Below the pieces are notes generated by a model. It ran no database searches, was not told the origin of the DNA, and worked only from the letters and a program-made list of their open reading frames with translations. Positions 18,386 to 32,912 of a stretch of 42,130 bases of DNA are shown piece by piece (positions within the stretch are counted from its first letter, which is position 1; every line of letters begins with the position of its first letter). The stretch is from a virus. Its lineage: Duplodnaviria; Heunggongvirae; Uroviricota; Caudoviricetes. A program made the position numbers and the translations under genes. The stretch lies in the IMG/VR virus record IMGVR_UViG_2917398303_000001. One strand, 5' to 3'.

Positions 18386-18530
18386 GTCCGCAGTAAACGC
18401 GCTTCACACGCGCGACTTATGAACACAGAACCTTTCAGGATGACCCTTGAGGATGCCGGTTTGGTGATCGGTGCCTTTCTGTGGGCCGGAATCCTGTGTG
18501 ACAAGGTTCATCACTAAAAGGTGAACACTG

Positions 18531-19073
18531 ATGAATTATCCAACTATCGTTAACGGCATCGATTTCCGAGATCTGATTTTTGTGGCAAACAACGATCCGG
18601 TTACAGATTCTTTTATGGTGGCAAAAGCATTTGGAAAGCTGCCGAAGAACGTAGTTCGTGACATTGAACGAACCATAGAAGCTTGCCCTCCTGAGTTTGA
18701 TACAAAGCTCAACTTTGAGCTTTGCTATAAAAACAATGAGTTACAGAATGGTAAGCCGCAAAAATTCTACCGTCTCCGCAAGGATGGGTTGATGCTTTTG
18801 GTTATGTCCTACACCAAAAAAGAAGCAATGCGTATCAAAATTGCTTACATCAACGCATTCAACTGGATGTACGCCATGCTTCAGGTTGGTCATCGTCAAT
18901 TTGAAGAAGAGCGAAACGCCGTAATGCTGGAGTACATGAAAGAAAAGGATGTCGCCAGCATGTCTGGCCGTCTGCTCAATCGCTGGGGAAAAATTAAGAA
19001 GCCTCAGCTAATGGCGAGAATTGAACGCCTTGAACAGCACGGGCAAACCGTAATCCCCGGACTCACTAATTAA
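18531..19073 (+). CDS. Rha-family phage regulatory protein
   Basis: 180-aa ORF with AAAGGTGA RBS; N-terminal region (VTDSFMVAKAFGKLPKNVVRDIERTIE) resembles the Rha domain. Confidence 0.55.
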   Translation: MNYPTIVNGIDFRDLIFVANNDPVTDSFMVAKAFGKLPKNVVRDIERTIEACPPEFDTKLNFELCYKNNELQNGKPQKFYRLRKDGLMLLVMSYTKKEAMRIKIAYINAFNWMYAMLQVGHRQFEEERNAVMLEYMKEKDVASMSGRLLNRWGKIKKPQLMARIERLEQHGQTVIPGLTN

Positions 19074-19551
19074 CGGCAGTACCACGAAACAACCCAAGCC
19101 AGAAAGTGGGGAAATAACACTGGCAGCCACTGAAAGATGAACCTCCAGCCTTATGGCAAAAAAGATTCTTTGTGGTGGCGGACTGATGGAAAGACATCGG
19201 TTATTGCAGAGACCATTCAATGAGTGGTCTCGACAATGGCTTATACCCTACACGGGATAACTTAACTGATATCCCTTTTAACGGATAAAGGTATTCAAGC
19301 CTGACACATCATGCGCTGTATCGTCGCTGTATTCCCGCATTAACCATGACCGTAGCCCGACGGGGAACTCCTTCTGCGCGAGTGTGCGGGAATAATCAAA
19401 AACGATGCACACCGGGTTTTTACCGCGTTTATGATTCGCGGGGTTGTCCCTCATGCTCGCCAGTCCTGTGCGGGGGTGGAAGAAACAGGACGTGTATTCA
19501 GGTCTGTGCGACCGTGGTCGCACGCATTTCTTTTATTGCTTTGAGGTAGAT

Positions 19552-19761
19552 ATGTCAGTTGCTGTTTTCGAGGCACTCAATGCACGTATTAACCAACTTG
19601 AAAGTAAGCTGAAGGAATACGATCAGCGACAGGCTGAGGCAGATGAGAAGACTCAGAACGAACTTTTCCTGGAGTTTCTTGCCATCGTTCACGAACTGAT
19701 GCCGTTAGTTAATCAGGCGCTGATGACAGGGCTGAAGGATGGAGATTTACACAGTAGGTAA
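19552..19761 (+). CDS. hypothetical coiled-coil protein (69 aa)
   Basis: ATG at 19552 after GAGGTAG RBS; last gene before cos. Confidence 0.4.
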   Translation: MSVAVFEALNARINQLESKLKEYDQRQAEADEKTQNELFLEFLAIVHELMPLVNQALMTGLKDGDLHSR

Positions 19762-19810
19762 ACCTGATCTTCTGTCCTACGGGTCCTTTCCGGCAATCCA
19801 GAACGTTACG

Positions 19811-19822
19811 GGGCGGAAGGCG
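19811..19822. other. cosN: 12-nt cohesive-end site (GGGCGGAAGGCG), flanked by lambda-like cosQ and cosB
   Basis: Flanking sequence (GTTACG | 12-mer | CGCGGGTTTTCGCTATTTATGAAAATTTTCCGG...) matches the lambda cos context, immediately upstream of nu1. Confidence 0.65.
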
Positions 19823-19999
19823 CGCGGGTTTTCGCTATTTATGAAAATTTTCCGGTTTAAGGCGTTTCCGTTCTTCTTCGCCGTAACTTAATGTTTTTAT
19901 TTAAAACACCCTCTGAAAAGAAAGGAAACGACAGGTGCTGAAAACGGGCTTTTTGGCCTCTGTCGTTTCCTTTCTCTGTTTTTGTCCGTGGAATGAACA

Positions 20000-20519
20000 A
20001 TGGAAGTCAACAAAAAGCAGCTGGCTGACATTTTCGGTGCGAGTATCCGTACCATTCAGAACTGGCAGGAGCAGGGAATGCCCGTTCTGCGGGGTGGTGG
20101 CAAGGGTAATGAGGTGCTTTATGACTCTGCCGCCGCCATAAAATGGTATGCCGAAAGGGATGCTGAAATTGAGAACGAAAAGCTGCGCCGGGAGGTTGAA
20201 GAACTGCGACAGGCCAGCGAGACAGATCTCCAGCCAGGCACTATTGAGTACGAACGCCATCGACTTACGCGTGCGCAGGCCGACGCACAGGAGCTGAAGA
20301 ATGCCAGAGACTCCGCTGAAGTGGTGGAAACCGCATTCTGTACTTTCGTGCTGTCGCGGATCGCAGGTGAAATTGCCAGTATTCTCGACGGGATCCCCCT
20401 GTCGGTGCAGCGGCGTTTTCCGGAACTGGAAAACCGACATGTTGATTTCCTGAAACGGGATATCATCAAAGCCATGAACAAAGCAGCCGCGCTGGATGAT
20501 CTGATACCGGGGTTGCTGA

Positions 20520-20545
<26 letters not shown>
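20000..20545 (+). CDS. nu1: terminase small subunit Nu1
   Basis: 181-aa ORF near-identical to lambda Nu1 (MEVNKKQLADIFGASIRTIQNWQEQGMPVLRGGGKGNEVLYDSAAAIKWY...). Confidence 0.97.
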
Positions 20546-24226
<3,681 letters not shown>

Positions 24227-24246
<20 letters not shown>

Positions 24247-25546
24247 TCTCCCGCATATTGCCAGTATGGCCTTTAATGAGCCGCTGATGCTTGAACCCGC
24301 CTATGCGCGGGTTTTCTTTTGTGCGCTTGCAGGCCAGCTTGGGATCAGCCGCCTGACGGATGCGGTGTCCGGCGACAGCCTGACTGCCGGAGAGGCACCC
24401 GCGACGCTGGCGTTATCCGGTGATGATGGCGGGCCACGACAGGCCCGCAGTTATCAGGTCATGAACGGCATCGCCGTGCTGCCGGTGTCCGGCACGCTGG
24501 TCAGCCGGACGCGGGCGCTGCAGCCGTATTCGGGGATGACCGGTTACAACGGCATTATCGCCCGTCTGCAACAGGCTGCCAGCGATCCGATGGTGGACGG
24601 CATTCTGCTCGATATGGACACGCCCGGCGGGATGGTGGCGGGGGCATTTGACTGCGCTGACATCATCGCCCGTGTGCGTGACATAAAACCGGTATGGGCG
24701 CTGGCCAACGACATGAACTGCAGTGCAGGTCAGCTGCTTGCCAGTGCCGCCTCCCGGCGTCTGGTCACGCAGACCGCCCGGACAGGCTCCATCGGCGTCA
24801 TGATGGCTCACAGTAATTACGGTGCAGCCCTGGAGAAACAGGGCGTGGAAATCACGCTGATTTACAGCGGCAGCCATAAGGTGGATGGCAACCCCTACAG
24901 CCATCTTCCGGATGACGTCCGGGAGACACTGCAGTCCCGGATGGACGCAACCCGCCAGATGTTTGCGCAGAAGGTGTCGGCATATACCGGCCTGTCTGTG
25001 CAGGCTGTGCTGGATACCGAGGCTGCAGTGTACAGCGGTCAGGAGGCCATTGATGCCGGACTGGCTGATGAACTTGTTAACAGCACCGATGCGATCACCG
25101 TCATGCGTGATGCACTGGATGCACGTAAATCCCGTCTCTCAGGAGGGCGAATGACCAAAGAGACTCAATCAACAACTGTTTCAGCCACTGCTTCGCAGGC
25201 TGACGTTACTGACGTGATGCCCGCGACGGAGGGCGAAAACGCCAGCGCGGCGCAGCCGGACGTGAATGCGCAGATCACCGCAGCGGTTGCGGCAGAAAAC
25301 AGCCGCATTATGGGGATCCTCAACTGTGAGGAGGCTCACGGACGCGAAGAACAGGCTCGCGTGCTGGCAGAAACCCCCGGTATGACCGTGGAAACGGCCC
25401 GCCGAATTCTGGCCGCAGCACCACAGAGTGCACAGGCGCGCAGTGACACTGCGCTGGATCGTCTGATGCAGGGTGCACCGGCACCGCTGGCTGCAGGTAA
25501 CCCGGCATCTGATGCCGTTAACGATTTGCTGAACACACCAGTGTAA
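24227..25546 (+). CDS. C: head protease / minor capsid protein C
   Basis: 439 aa from GTG at 24227 (the track ORF starts further upstream); matches lambda gpC; overlaps the B 3' end. Confidence 0.92.
24941..25546 (+). CDS. nu3: scaffolding protein Nu3 (in-frame internal start within C)
   Basis: Internal ATG at 24941 (MDATRQMFAQKV...) in the C frame, the same nested arrangement as lambda C/Nu3. Confidence 0.65.
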   Translation: MDATRQMFAQKVSAYTGLSVQAVLDTEAAVYSGQEAIDAGLADELVNSTDAITVMRDALDARKSRLSGGRMTKETQSTTVSATASQADVTDVMPATEGENASAAQPDVNAQITAAVAAENSRIMGILNCEEAHGREEQARVLAETPGMTVETARRILAAAPQSAQARSDTALDRLMQGAPAPLAAGNPASDAVNDLLNTPV

Positions 25547-25555
25547 GGGATGTTT

Positions 25556-25888
25556 ATGACGAGCAAAGAAACCTTTACCCATTACCAGCCGCTGGGCAAC
25601 AGTGACCCGGCTCATACCGCAACCGCGCCCGGCGGATTGAGTGCGAAAGCACCTGCAATGACCCCGCTGATGCTGGACACCTCCACCCGTAAGCTGGTTG
25701 CGTGGGATGGCACCACCGACGGTGCTGCTGTTGGCATTCTTGCGGTTGCTGCTGACCAGACCAGCACCACGCTGACGTTCTACAAGTCCGGCACGTTTCG
25801 TTATGAGGATGTGCTCTGGCCGGAGGCTGCCAGCGACGAGACGAAAAAACGGACCGCGTTTGCCGGAACGGCAATCAGCATCGTTTAA
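25556..25888 (+). CDS. D: head decoration protein D
   Basis: 110 aa ([12 protein letters not shown]...) matching lambda gpD; the second ATG has the better RBS spacing. Confidence 0.95.
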   Translation: MTSKETFTHYQPLGNSDPAHTATAPGGLSAKAPAMTPLMLDTSTRKLVAWDGTTDGAAVGILAVAADQTSTTLTFYKSGTFRYEDVLWPEAASDETKKRTAFAGTAISIV

Positions 25889-25909
25889 CTTTACCCTTCA
25901 TCACTAAAG

Positions 25910-25931
25910 GCCGCCTGTGCGGCTTTTTTTT
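25910..25931 (+). terminator. hairpin plus U-tract between D and E
   Basis: Stem GCCGC / GCGGC with loop CTGT, followed by TTTTTTTT. Confidence 0.5.
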
Positions 25932-25944
25932 ACGGGATTTTTTT

Positions 25945-26970
25945 ATGTCGATGTACACAACCGCCCAGCTGCTGGCGGCAAATGAGCAGAAATTTAAGTT
26001 TGATCCGCTGTTTCTGCGTCTCTTTTTCCGTGAAAGCTATCCCTTCACCACGGAGAAAGTCTATCTCTCACAAATTCCGGGACTGGTAAACATGGCGCTG
26101 TACGTTTCGCCGATTGTTTCCGGTGAGGTTATCCGCTCCCGTGGCGGCTCCACCTCTGAATTTACGCCGGGATATGTCAAGCCGAAGCATGAGGTGAATC
26201 CGCAGATGACCCTGCGTCGCCTGCCGGATGAAGATCCGCAGAATCTGGCGGACCCGGCTTACCGCCGCCGTCGCATCATTATGCAGAACATGCGTGACGA
26301 AGAGCTGGCCATTGCCCAGGTCGAAGAGATGCAGGCAGTTTCTGCCGTGCTTAAGGGCAAATACACCATGACCGGTGAAGCCTTCGATCCGGTTGAGGTG
26401 GATATGGGCCGCAGTGCGGCGAATAACATCACGCAGTCCGGCGGCACGGAGTGGAGCAAGCGTGACAAGTCCACGTATGACCCGACCGACGATATCGAAG
26501 CCTACGCGCTGAACGCCAGCGGTGTGGTGAATATCATCGTGTTCGATCCGAAAGGCTGGGCGCTGTTCCGTTCCTTCAAAGCCGTCAAGGAGAAGCTGGA
26601 TACCCGCCGCGGCTCTAATTCCGAGCTGGAGACAGCGGTAAAAGACCTGGGCGAAGCGGTGTCCTATAAGGGGATGTATGGCGATGTGGCGATCGTCGTG
26701 TATTCCGGACAGTACGTGGAAAACGACGTCAAAAAGAACTTCCTGCCGGACAACACGATGGTGCTGGGGAACACTCAGGCACGCGGTCTGCGCACCTATG
26801 GCTGCATTCAGGATGCGGACGCACAGCGCGAAGGCATTAACGCCTCTGCCCGCTACCCGAAAAACTGGGTGACCACCGGCGATCCGGCGCGTGAGTTCAC
26901 CATGATTCAGTCAGCACCGCTGATGCTGCTGGCTGACCCTGATGCGTTCGTGTCCGTACAACTGGCGTAA
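25945..26970 (+). CDS. E: major capsid protein E
   Basis: 341-aa ORF near-identical to lambda gpE. Confidence 0.97.
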   Translation: MSMYTTAQLLAANEQKFKFDPLFLRLFFRESYPFTTEKVYLSQIPGLVNMALYVSPIVSGEVIRSRGGSTSEFTPGYVKPKHEVNPQMTLRRLPDEDPQNLADPAYRRRRIIMQNMRDEELAIAQVEEMQAVSAVLKGKYTMTGEAFDPVEVDMGRSAANNITQSGGTEWSKRDKSTYDPTDDIEAYALNASGVVNIIVFDPKGWALFRSFKAVKEKLDTRRGSNSELETAVKDLGEAVSYKGMYGDVAIVVYSGQYVENDVKKNFLPDNTMVLGNTQARGLRTYGCIQDADAQREGINASARYPKNWVTTGDPAREFTMIQSAPLMLLADPDAFVSVQLA

Positions 26971-27011
26971 TCGTGGCCCTTCGGGGCCATTTTCTCTCTG
27001 TGGAGGAGTCC

Positions 27012-27410
27012 ATGACGAAAGATGAACTGATTGCCCGTCTCCGGTCGTTGGGTGAGCAACTGAACCGTGATGTCAGCCTGACGGGGACGAAAGAAGAATT
27101 GGCGCTCCGTGTGGCAGAGCTGGAAGAAGAGCTTGATGACACGGATGACACTGCCGGTCAGGACACCCCTCTCAGCCCGGAAAATGTGCTGACCGGGCAT
27201 GAAAATGAGGCTGTATCAGCGCAGCCGGATACCGTGATTCAGGATGCGGCTGATCTGGTCACGGTCGTGGCACTGGTGACGCTGCACACCGATGCACTTC
27301 ACGCCACGCGGGATGAAACTGTGGCATTTGTGCTGCCGGGAACGGCGTTTCGTGTCTCTGCCGGTGTGGCAGCCGAAATGACAGAACGTGGCCTGGCCAG
27401 AATGCAATAA
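27012..27410 (+). CDS. FI: DNA packaging protein FI
   Basis: 132 aa from ATG at 27012 after GGAGGA; matches lambda gpFI. Confidence 0.93.
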   Translation: MTKDELIARLRSLGEQLNRDVSLTGTKEELALRVAELEEELDDTDDTAGQDTPLSPENVLTGHENEAVSAQPDTVIQDAADLVTVVALVTLHTDALHATRDETVAFVLPGTAFRVSAGVAAEMTERGLARMQ

Positions 27411-27421
27411 CGGGAGGCGCT

Positions 27422-27775
27422 GTGGCTGATTTCGATAACCTGTTCGATGCTGCCATTGCCCGCGCCGATGAAACGATACGCGGGTACATGGGAACGTCAG
27501 CCACCATGACATCCGGTGAGCAGTCCGGTGCGGTGATACGTGGTGTTTTTGATGACCCTGAAAATATCAGCTATGCCGGACAGGGCGTGCGCGTTGAAGG
27601 CTCCAGCCCGTCCCTGTTTGTCCGGACTGATGAGGTGCGGCAGCTGCGGCGTGGAGACACGCTGACCATCGGTGAGGAAAACTTCTGGGTAGATCGGGTT
27701 TCGCCGGATGATGGTGGAAGCTGTCATCTCTGGCTTGGACGGGGCGTACCGCCTGCCGTTAACCGTCGCCGCTGA
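27422..27775 (+). CDS. FII: head-tail connector protein FII
   Basis: 117-aa ORF with GTG start; matches lambda gpFII. Confidence 0.93.
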   Translation: MADFDNLFDAAIARADETIRGYMGTSATMTSGEQSGAVIRGVFDDPENISYAGQGVRVEGSSPSLFVRTDEVRQLRRGDTLTIGEENFWVDRVSPDDGGSCHLWLGRGVPPAVNRRR

Positions 27776-27786
27776 AAGGGGGATGT

Positions 27787-28365
27787 ATGGCCATAAAAGG
27801 TCTTGAGCAGGCCGTTGAAAACCTCAGCCGTATCAGCAAAACGGCGGTGCCTGGTGCCGCCGCAATGGCTATTAACCGCGTTGCTTCATCCGCGATATCG
27901 CAGTCGGCGTCACAGGTTGCCCGTGAGACAAAGGTACGCCGGAAACTGGTAAAGGAAAGGGCCAGGCTGAAAAGGGCCACGGTCAAAAATCCGCAGGCCA
28001 GAATCAAAGTTAACCGGGGGGATTTGCCCGTAATCAAGCTGGGTAATGCGCGGGTTGTCCTGTCCCGCCGCAGGCGTCGTAAAAAGGGGCAGCGTTCATC
28101 CCTGAAAGGTGGCGGCAGCGTGCTTGTGGTGGGTAACCGTCGTATTCCCGGCGCGTTTGTTCAGCAACTGAAAAATGGCCGGTGGCATGTCATGCAGCGT
28201 GTGGCCGGGAAAAATCGTTACCCCATTGATGTGGTGAAAATTCCGATGGCGGTGCCGCTTACCACGGCATTTAAACAGAATATTGAACGGATACGGCGTG
28301 AACGTCTTCCGAAAGAGCTGGGCTATGCGCTGCAGCATCAACTGAGAATGGTAATAAAGCGATGA
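27787..28365 (+). CDS. Z: tail completion protein Z
   Basis: 192-aa ORF matching lambda gpZ. Confidence 0.95.
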   Translation: MAIKGLEQAVENLSRISKTAVPGAAAMAINRVASSAISQSASQVARETKVRRKLVKERARLKRATVKNPQARIKVNRGDLPVIKLGNARVVLSRRRRRKKGQRSSLKGGGSVLVVGNRRIPGAFVQQLKNGRWHVMQRVAGKNRYPIDVVKIPMAVPLTTAFKQNIERIRRERLPKELGYALQHQLRMVIKR

Positions 28366-28757
28366 AACATACTGAACTCCGTGCAGCCGTACTGGATGCA
28401 CTGGAGAAGCATGACACCGGGGCGACGCTTTTTGATGGTCGCCCCGCTGTTTTTGATGAGGCGGATTTTCCGGCAATTGCCGTTTATCTCACTGGCGCTG
28501 AATACACGGGCGAAGAGCTGGACAGCGATACCTGGCAGGCTGAGCTGCATATCGAAGTTTTCCTGCCTGCTCAGGTGCCGGATTCAGAGCTGGATTCGTG
28601 GATGGAGTCCCGGATTTATCCGGTGATGAGCGATATTCCGGCACTGTCAGACTTGATCACCAGTATGGTGGCCAGTGGCTATGACTACCGACGCGACGAT
28701 GATGCGGGCCTGTGGAGTTCAGCCGATCTGACTTATGTCATTACCTATGAAATGTGA
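28362..28757 (+). CDS. U: tail terminator protein U
   Basis: 131-aa ORF matching lambda gpU. Confidence 0.95.
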   Translation: MKHTELRAAVLDALEKHDTGATLFDGRPAVFDEADFPAIAVYLTGAEYTGEELDSDTWQAELHIEVFLPAQVPDSELDSWMESRIYPVMSDIPALSDLITSMVASGYDYRRDDDAGLWSSADLTYVITYEM

Positions 28758-28764
28758 GGACGAT

Positions 28765-29505
28765 ATGCCTGTACCAAATCCTACAATGCCGGTGAAAGGG
28801 GCCGGGACCACACTGTGGGTTTATAAGGGGAACGGTGACCCTTATGCGAACCCGCTTTCAGACGTTGACTGGTCGCGTCTGGCAAAAGTTAAAGACCTGA
28901 CGCCCGGCGAACTGACCGCTGAGTCCTATGACGACAGTTATCTCGATGATGAAGATGCGGACTGGACTGCGACCGGGCAGGGGCAGAAATCAGCCGGAGA
29001 TACCAGCTTCACGCTGGCGTGGATGCCCGGAGAGCAGGGGCAGCAGGCGCTGCTGGCGTGGTTTAATGAAGGTGATACCCGTGCCTATAAAATCCGCTTC
29101 CCGAACGGCACGGTCGATGTGTTCCGTGGCTGGGTCAGCAGTATCGGTAAAGCGGTGACGGCGAAGGAAGTGATCACCCGCACGGTGAAGGTCACCAATG
29201 TGGGACGCCCGTCGATGGCAGAAGATCGCAGCACGGTAACAGCGGCCACCGGCATGACGGTAACGCCAGCCAGTGCTTCCGTAGTGAAAGGGCAGAGCAC
29301 CACGCTGACCGTGGCATTCCAGCCGGAAGGCGCAACCGACAAGAGCTTCCGTGCGGTGTCTGCGGATAAAACAAAAGCCACCGTGTCGGTCAGTGGTATG
29401 ACCATCACCGTGAACGGCGTTGCTGCAGGCAAGGTCAACATTCCGGTGGTATCCGGTAATGGTGAGTTTGCTGCGGTTGCAGAAATCACCGTCACCGCCA
29501 GTTAA
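28765..29505 (+). CDS. V: major tail tube protein V
   Basis: 246 aa from ATG at 28765 ([14 protein letters not shown]...); matches lambda gpV, including the C-terminal Ig-like domain. Confidence 0.95.
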   Translation: MPVPNPTMPVKGAGTTLWVYKGNGDPYANPLSDVDWSRLAKVKDLTPGELTAESYDDSYLDDEDADWTATGQGQKSAGDTSFTLAWMPGEQGQQALLAWFNEGDTRAYKIRFPNGTVDVFRGWVSSIGKAVTAKEVITRTVKVTNVGRPSMAEDRSTVTAATGMTVTPASASVVKGQSTTLTVAFQPEGATDKSFRAVSADKTKATVSVSGMTITVNGVAAGKVNIPVVSGNGEFAAVAEITVTAS

Positions 29506-29520
29506 TCCGGAGAGTCAGCG

Positions 29521-29943
29521 ATGTTCCTGAAAACCGAATCATTTGAACATAACGGCGTGACCGTCACGCTTTCTGAACTGTCAGCCCTGCAGCGTATTGA
29601 GCATCTCGCCCTGATGAAACGGCAGGCAGAACTGGCGGAGTCAGACAGCAACCGGAAGTTTACTGTGGAAGACGCCATCAGAACCGGCGCTTTTGTGGTG
29701 GCGATGTCCCTGTGGCATAACCATCCGAAGAAGACGCAGATGCCGTCCATGAATGAAGCCGTTAAACAGATTGAGCAGGAAGTGCTTACCACCTGGCCTA
29801 CAGAGGCAATTTCTCATGCTGAAAACGTGGTGTACCGGCTGTCCGGTATGTATGAGTTTGTGGTGAATAATGCCCCTGAACAGACAGAGGACGCCGGGCC
29901 TGCAGAGCCTGTTTCTGCGGGAAAGTGTTCGACGGTGAGCTGA
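29521..29943 (+). CDS. G: tail assembly chaperone G
   Basis: 140-aa ORF matching lambda gpG. Confidence 0.95.
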   Translation: MFLKTESFEHNGVTVTLSELSALQRIEHLALMKRQAELAESDSNRKFTVEDAIRTGAFVVAMSLWHNHPKKTQMPSMNEAVKQIEQEVLTTWPTEAISHAENVVYRLSGMYEFVVNNAPEQTEDAGPAEPVSAGKCSTVS

Positions 29944-30359
29944 GTTTTGCCCTGAAACTGGCGCGAGAGATGGGGCGACCCGACTGGCGCGCCATGCTTG
30001 CCGGGATGTCATCCACGGAGTATGCCGACTGGCACCGCTTTTACAGTACCCATTATTTTCATGATGTTCTGCTGGATATGCACTTTTCCGGGCTGACATA
30101 CACCGTGCTCAGCCTGTTTTTCAGCGATCCGGATATGCATCCGCTGGATTTCAGTCTGCTGAACCGGCGCGAGGCTGACGAAGAGCCTGAAGATGATGTG
30201 CTGATGCAGAAAGCGGCAGGGCTTGCCGGAGGCGTCCGCTTTGACCCGGACGGGAATGAAGTTATCCCCGCATCCCCGGATATGGCGGGCATGACGGAGG
30301 ATGACGTAATGCTGATGACAGTATCAGAAGGGATCGCAGGAGGAGTCCGGTATGGCTGA
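29521..30359 (+). CDS. T: tail assembly chaperone G-T fusion via -1 programmed ribosomal frameshift
   Basis: Slippery heptamer GGGAAAG at 29919-29925 near the end of G; T frame open from 29925 to 30359, as in lambda G/GT. Confidence 0.8.
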
Positions 30360-32912
30360 ACCGGTAGGCGATCTGGTCGTTGATTTAAGTCTGGATGCGG
30401 CCAGATTTGACGAGCAGATGGCCAGAGTCAGGCGTCATTTTTCCGGTACGGAAAGTGATGCGAAAAAACAGCGGCAGTCGTTGAACAGTCGCTGAGCCGA
30501 CAGGCGCTGGCTGCACAGAAAGCGGGGATTTCCGTCGGGCAGTATAAAGCCGCCATGCGTATGCTGCCTGCACAGTTCACCGACGTGGCCACGCAGCTTG
30601 CAGGCGGGCAAAGTCCGTGGCTGATCCTGCTGCAACAGGGTGGTCAGGTGAAGGACTCCTTCGGCGGGATGATCCCCATGTTCAGGGGGCTTGCCGGTGC
30701 GATCACCCTGCCGATGGTCGGGGCCACCTCGCTGGCGGTGGCGACAGGTGCGCTGGCGTATGCCTGGTATCAGGGCAACTCAACCCTGTCCGATTTCAAC
30801 AAAACGCTGGTCCTTTCCGGTAATCAGTCGGGTCTGACGGCAGATCGTATGCTGGTCCTGTCCAGAGCCGGGCAGGCCGCAGGGCTGACGTTTAACCAGA
30901 CCAGCGAGTCACTCAGCGCACTGGTTAAGGCGGGGGTAAGCGGCGAGGCTCAGATTGCGTCCATCAGCCAGAGTGTGGCGCGTTTCTCCTCTGCATCCGG
31001 TGTGGAGGTGGACAAGGTCGCTGAAGCCTTCGGGAAGCTGACCACTGACCCGACGTCGGGGCTGACAGCGATGGCGCGCCAGTTCCATAACGTGACGGCG
31101 GAGCAGATTGCGTATGTTGCTCAGTTGCAGCGTTCCGGCGATGAAGCCGGGGCATTGCAGGCGGCGAACGAGGCCGCAACGAAAGGGTTTGATGACCAGA
31201 CCCGCCGCCTGAAAGAGAACATGGGCACGCTGGAAACCTGGGCAGGCAGGACAGCACGGGCATTCAAATCCATGTGGGATGCTGTGCTGGATATTGGTCG
31301 TCCTGATACCGCTCAGGAGATGCTGATTAAGGCAGAGGCTGCGTTTAAGAAAGCGGACGACATCTGGAATCTGCGCAAGGATGATTATTTTGTTAACGAT
31401 GAAGCGCGGGCACGTTACTGGGATGATCGTGAAAAGGCCCGTCTTGCGCTTGAAGCCGCGAGAAAGAAGGCTGAACAGCAGAGTCAACAGGACAAAAATG
31501 CGCAGCAGCAGAGCGATACCGAAGCGTCACGGCTGAAATATACCGAAGAGGCGCAGAAGGCTTACGAACGGCTGCAGACGCCGCTGGAGAAATATACCGC
31601 CCGTCAGGAAGAACTGAATAAGGCACTGAAAGACGGAAAAATCCTGCAGGCAGATTACAACACGCTGATGGCAGCGGCGAAAAAGGATTATGAAGCGACG
31701 CTGAAAAAGCCGAAACAGTCCGGCGTGAAGGTGTCTGCGGGCGATCGTCAGGAAGACAGTGCTCATGCTGCCCTGCTGACGCTTCAGGCAGAACTCCGGA
31801 CACTGGAGAAGCATGCCGGAGCGAATGAGAAAATCAGCCAGCAGCGCCGGGATTTGTGGAAGGCAGAAAGTCAGTTCGCGGTACTGGAGGAGGCGGCACA
31901 ACGTCGCCAGCTGTCCGCACAGGAGAAATCCCTGCTGGCGCATAAAGATGAGACGCTGGAGTACAAACGCCAGCTGGCTGCACTTGGTGACAAGGTTACG
32001 TATCAGGAGCGCCTGAACGCGCTGGCGCAGCAGGCGGATAAATTCGCACAGCAGCAACGGGCAAAACGGGCCGCCATTGAGGCGAAAAACCGGGGGCTGA
32101 CTGACCGGCAGGCAGCGCGGGACGCCACGGAACAGCGCCTGAAGGAGCAGTATGGCGATAATCCTCTGGCGCTGAATAACGTCATGTCAGAGCAGAAAAA
32201 GACCTGGGCAACTGAAGACCAGCTTCGTGGGAGCTGGATGGCTGGCCTGAAGTCCGGCTGGAGCGAGTGGAAAGAGAGTGCCACAGACAGTATGTCGCAG
32301 GTTAAAAGTGCTGCTACGCAGACCTTTGATGGTATTGCGCAGAATATGGCGGCGATGCTGACCGGCAGTGAACAGAACTGGCGCAGCTTCACCCGTTCCG
32401 TGCTGTCCATGATGACAGAAATTCTGCTTAAGCAGGCAATGGTGGGAATTGTCGGGAGTATCGGCAGCGCCATTGGCGGTGCTGCCGGTGGTGGCGCATC
32501 AGCGTCAGGCGGTACAGCCATTCAGGCTGCTGCGGCAAAATTCCATTTTGCGACTGGGGGATTTACGGGAACCGGCGGCAAATATGAGCCTGCGGGGATT
32601 GTTCACCGTGGTGAATTTGTCTTCACGAAGGAGGCAACCAGCCGGATTGGCGTGGGGAATCTCTACCGGCTGATGCGCGGCTATGCCACCGGTGGTTATG
32701 TCGGTACACCGGGCAGCCTGGCGGACAGCCGGTCGCAAGCGTCCGGGAAGTTTGAGCAGAATAACCATGTGGTGATTAATAATGACGGCACGAACGGTCA
32801 GATAGGTCCGGCTGCTCTGAAGGCGGTGTATGACATGGCCCGCAAGGGTGCCCGTGATGAAATTCAGACACAGATGCGTGATGGTGGCCTGTTCTCCGGA
32901 GGTGGACGATGA
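30352..32912 (+). pseudogene. H: tail tape measure protein H, reading frame interrupted near codon 40 (apparent 1-nt deletion in an A-run)
   Basis: ATG at 30352 overlaps the T stop and opens a 47-codon ORF ending at 30495; the rest of H continues in the -1 frame as the 785-aa ORF 30555..32912; the frames switch at the run of six A at 30463-30468. Confidence 0.75.

Noticed and set aside
19278-19523. 81-aa minus-strand ORF between the Rha-like gene and cos
   Set aside because: Composition unlike a folded protein (Arg/Pro/His-rich, no hydrophobic core) and no clear RBS; kept only as a remark in a finding.
30909-32521. Several minus-strand ORFs (192, 136, 176, 172 aa) inside the tape-measure gene
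   Set aside because: Antisense to H; Ala/Arg/Pro-rich translations typical of spurious frames in GC-rich repeats.
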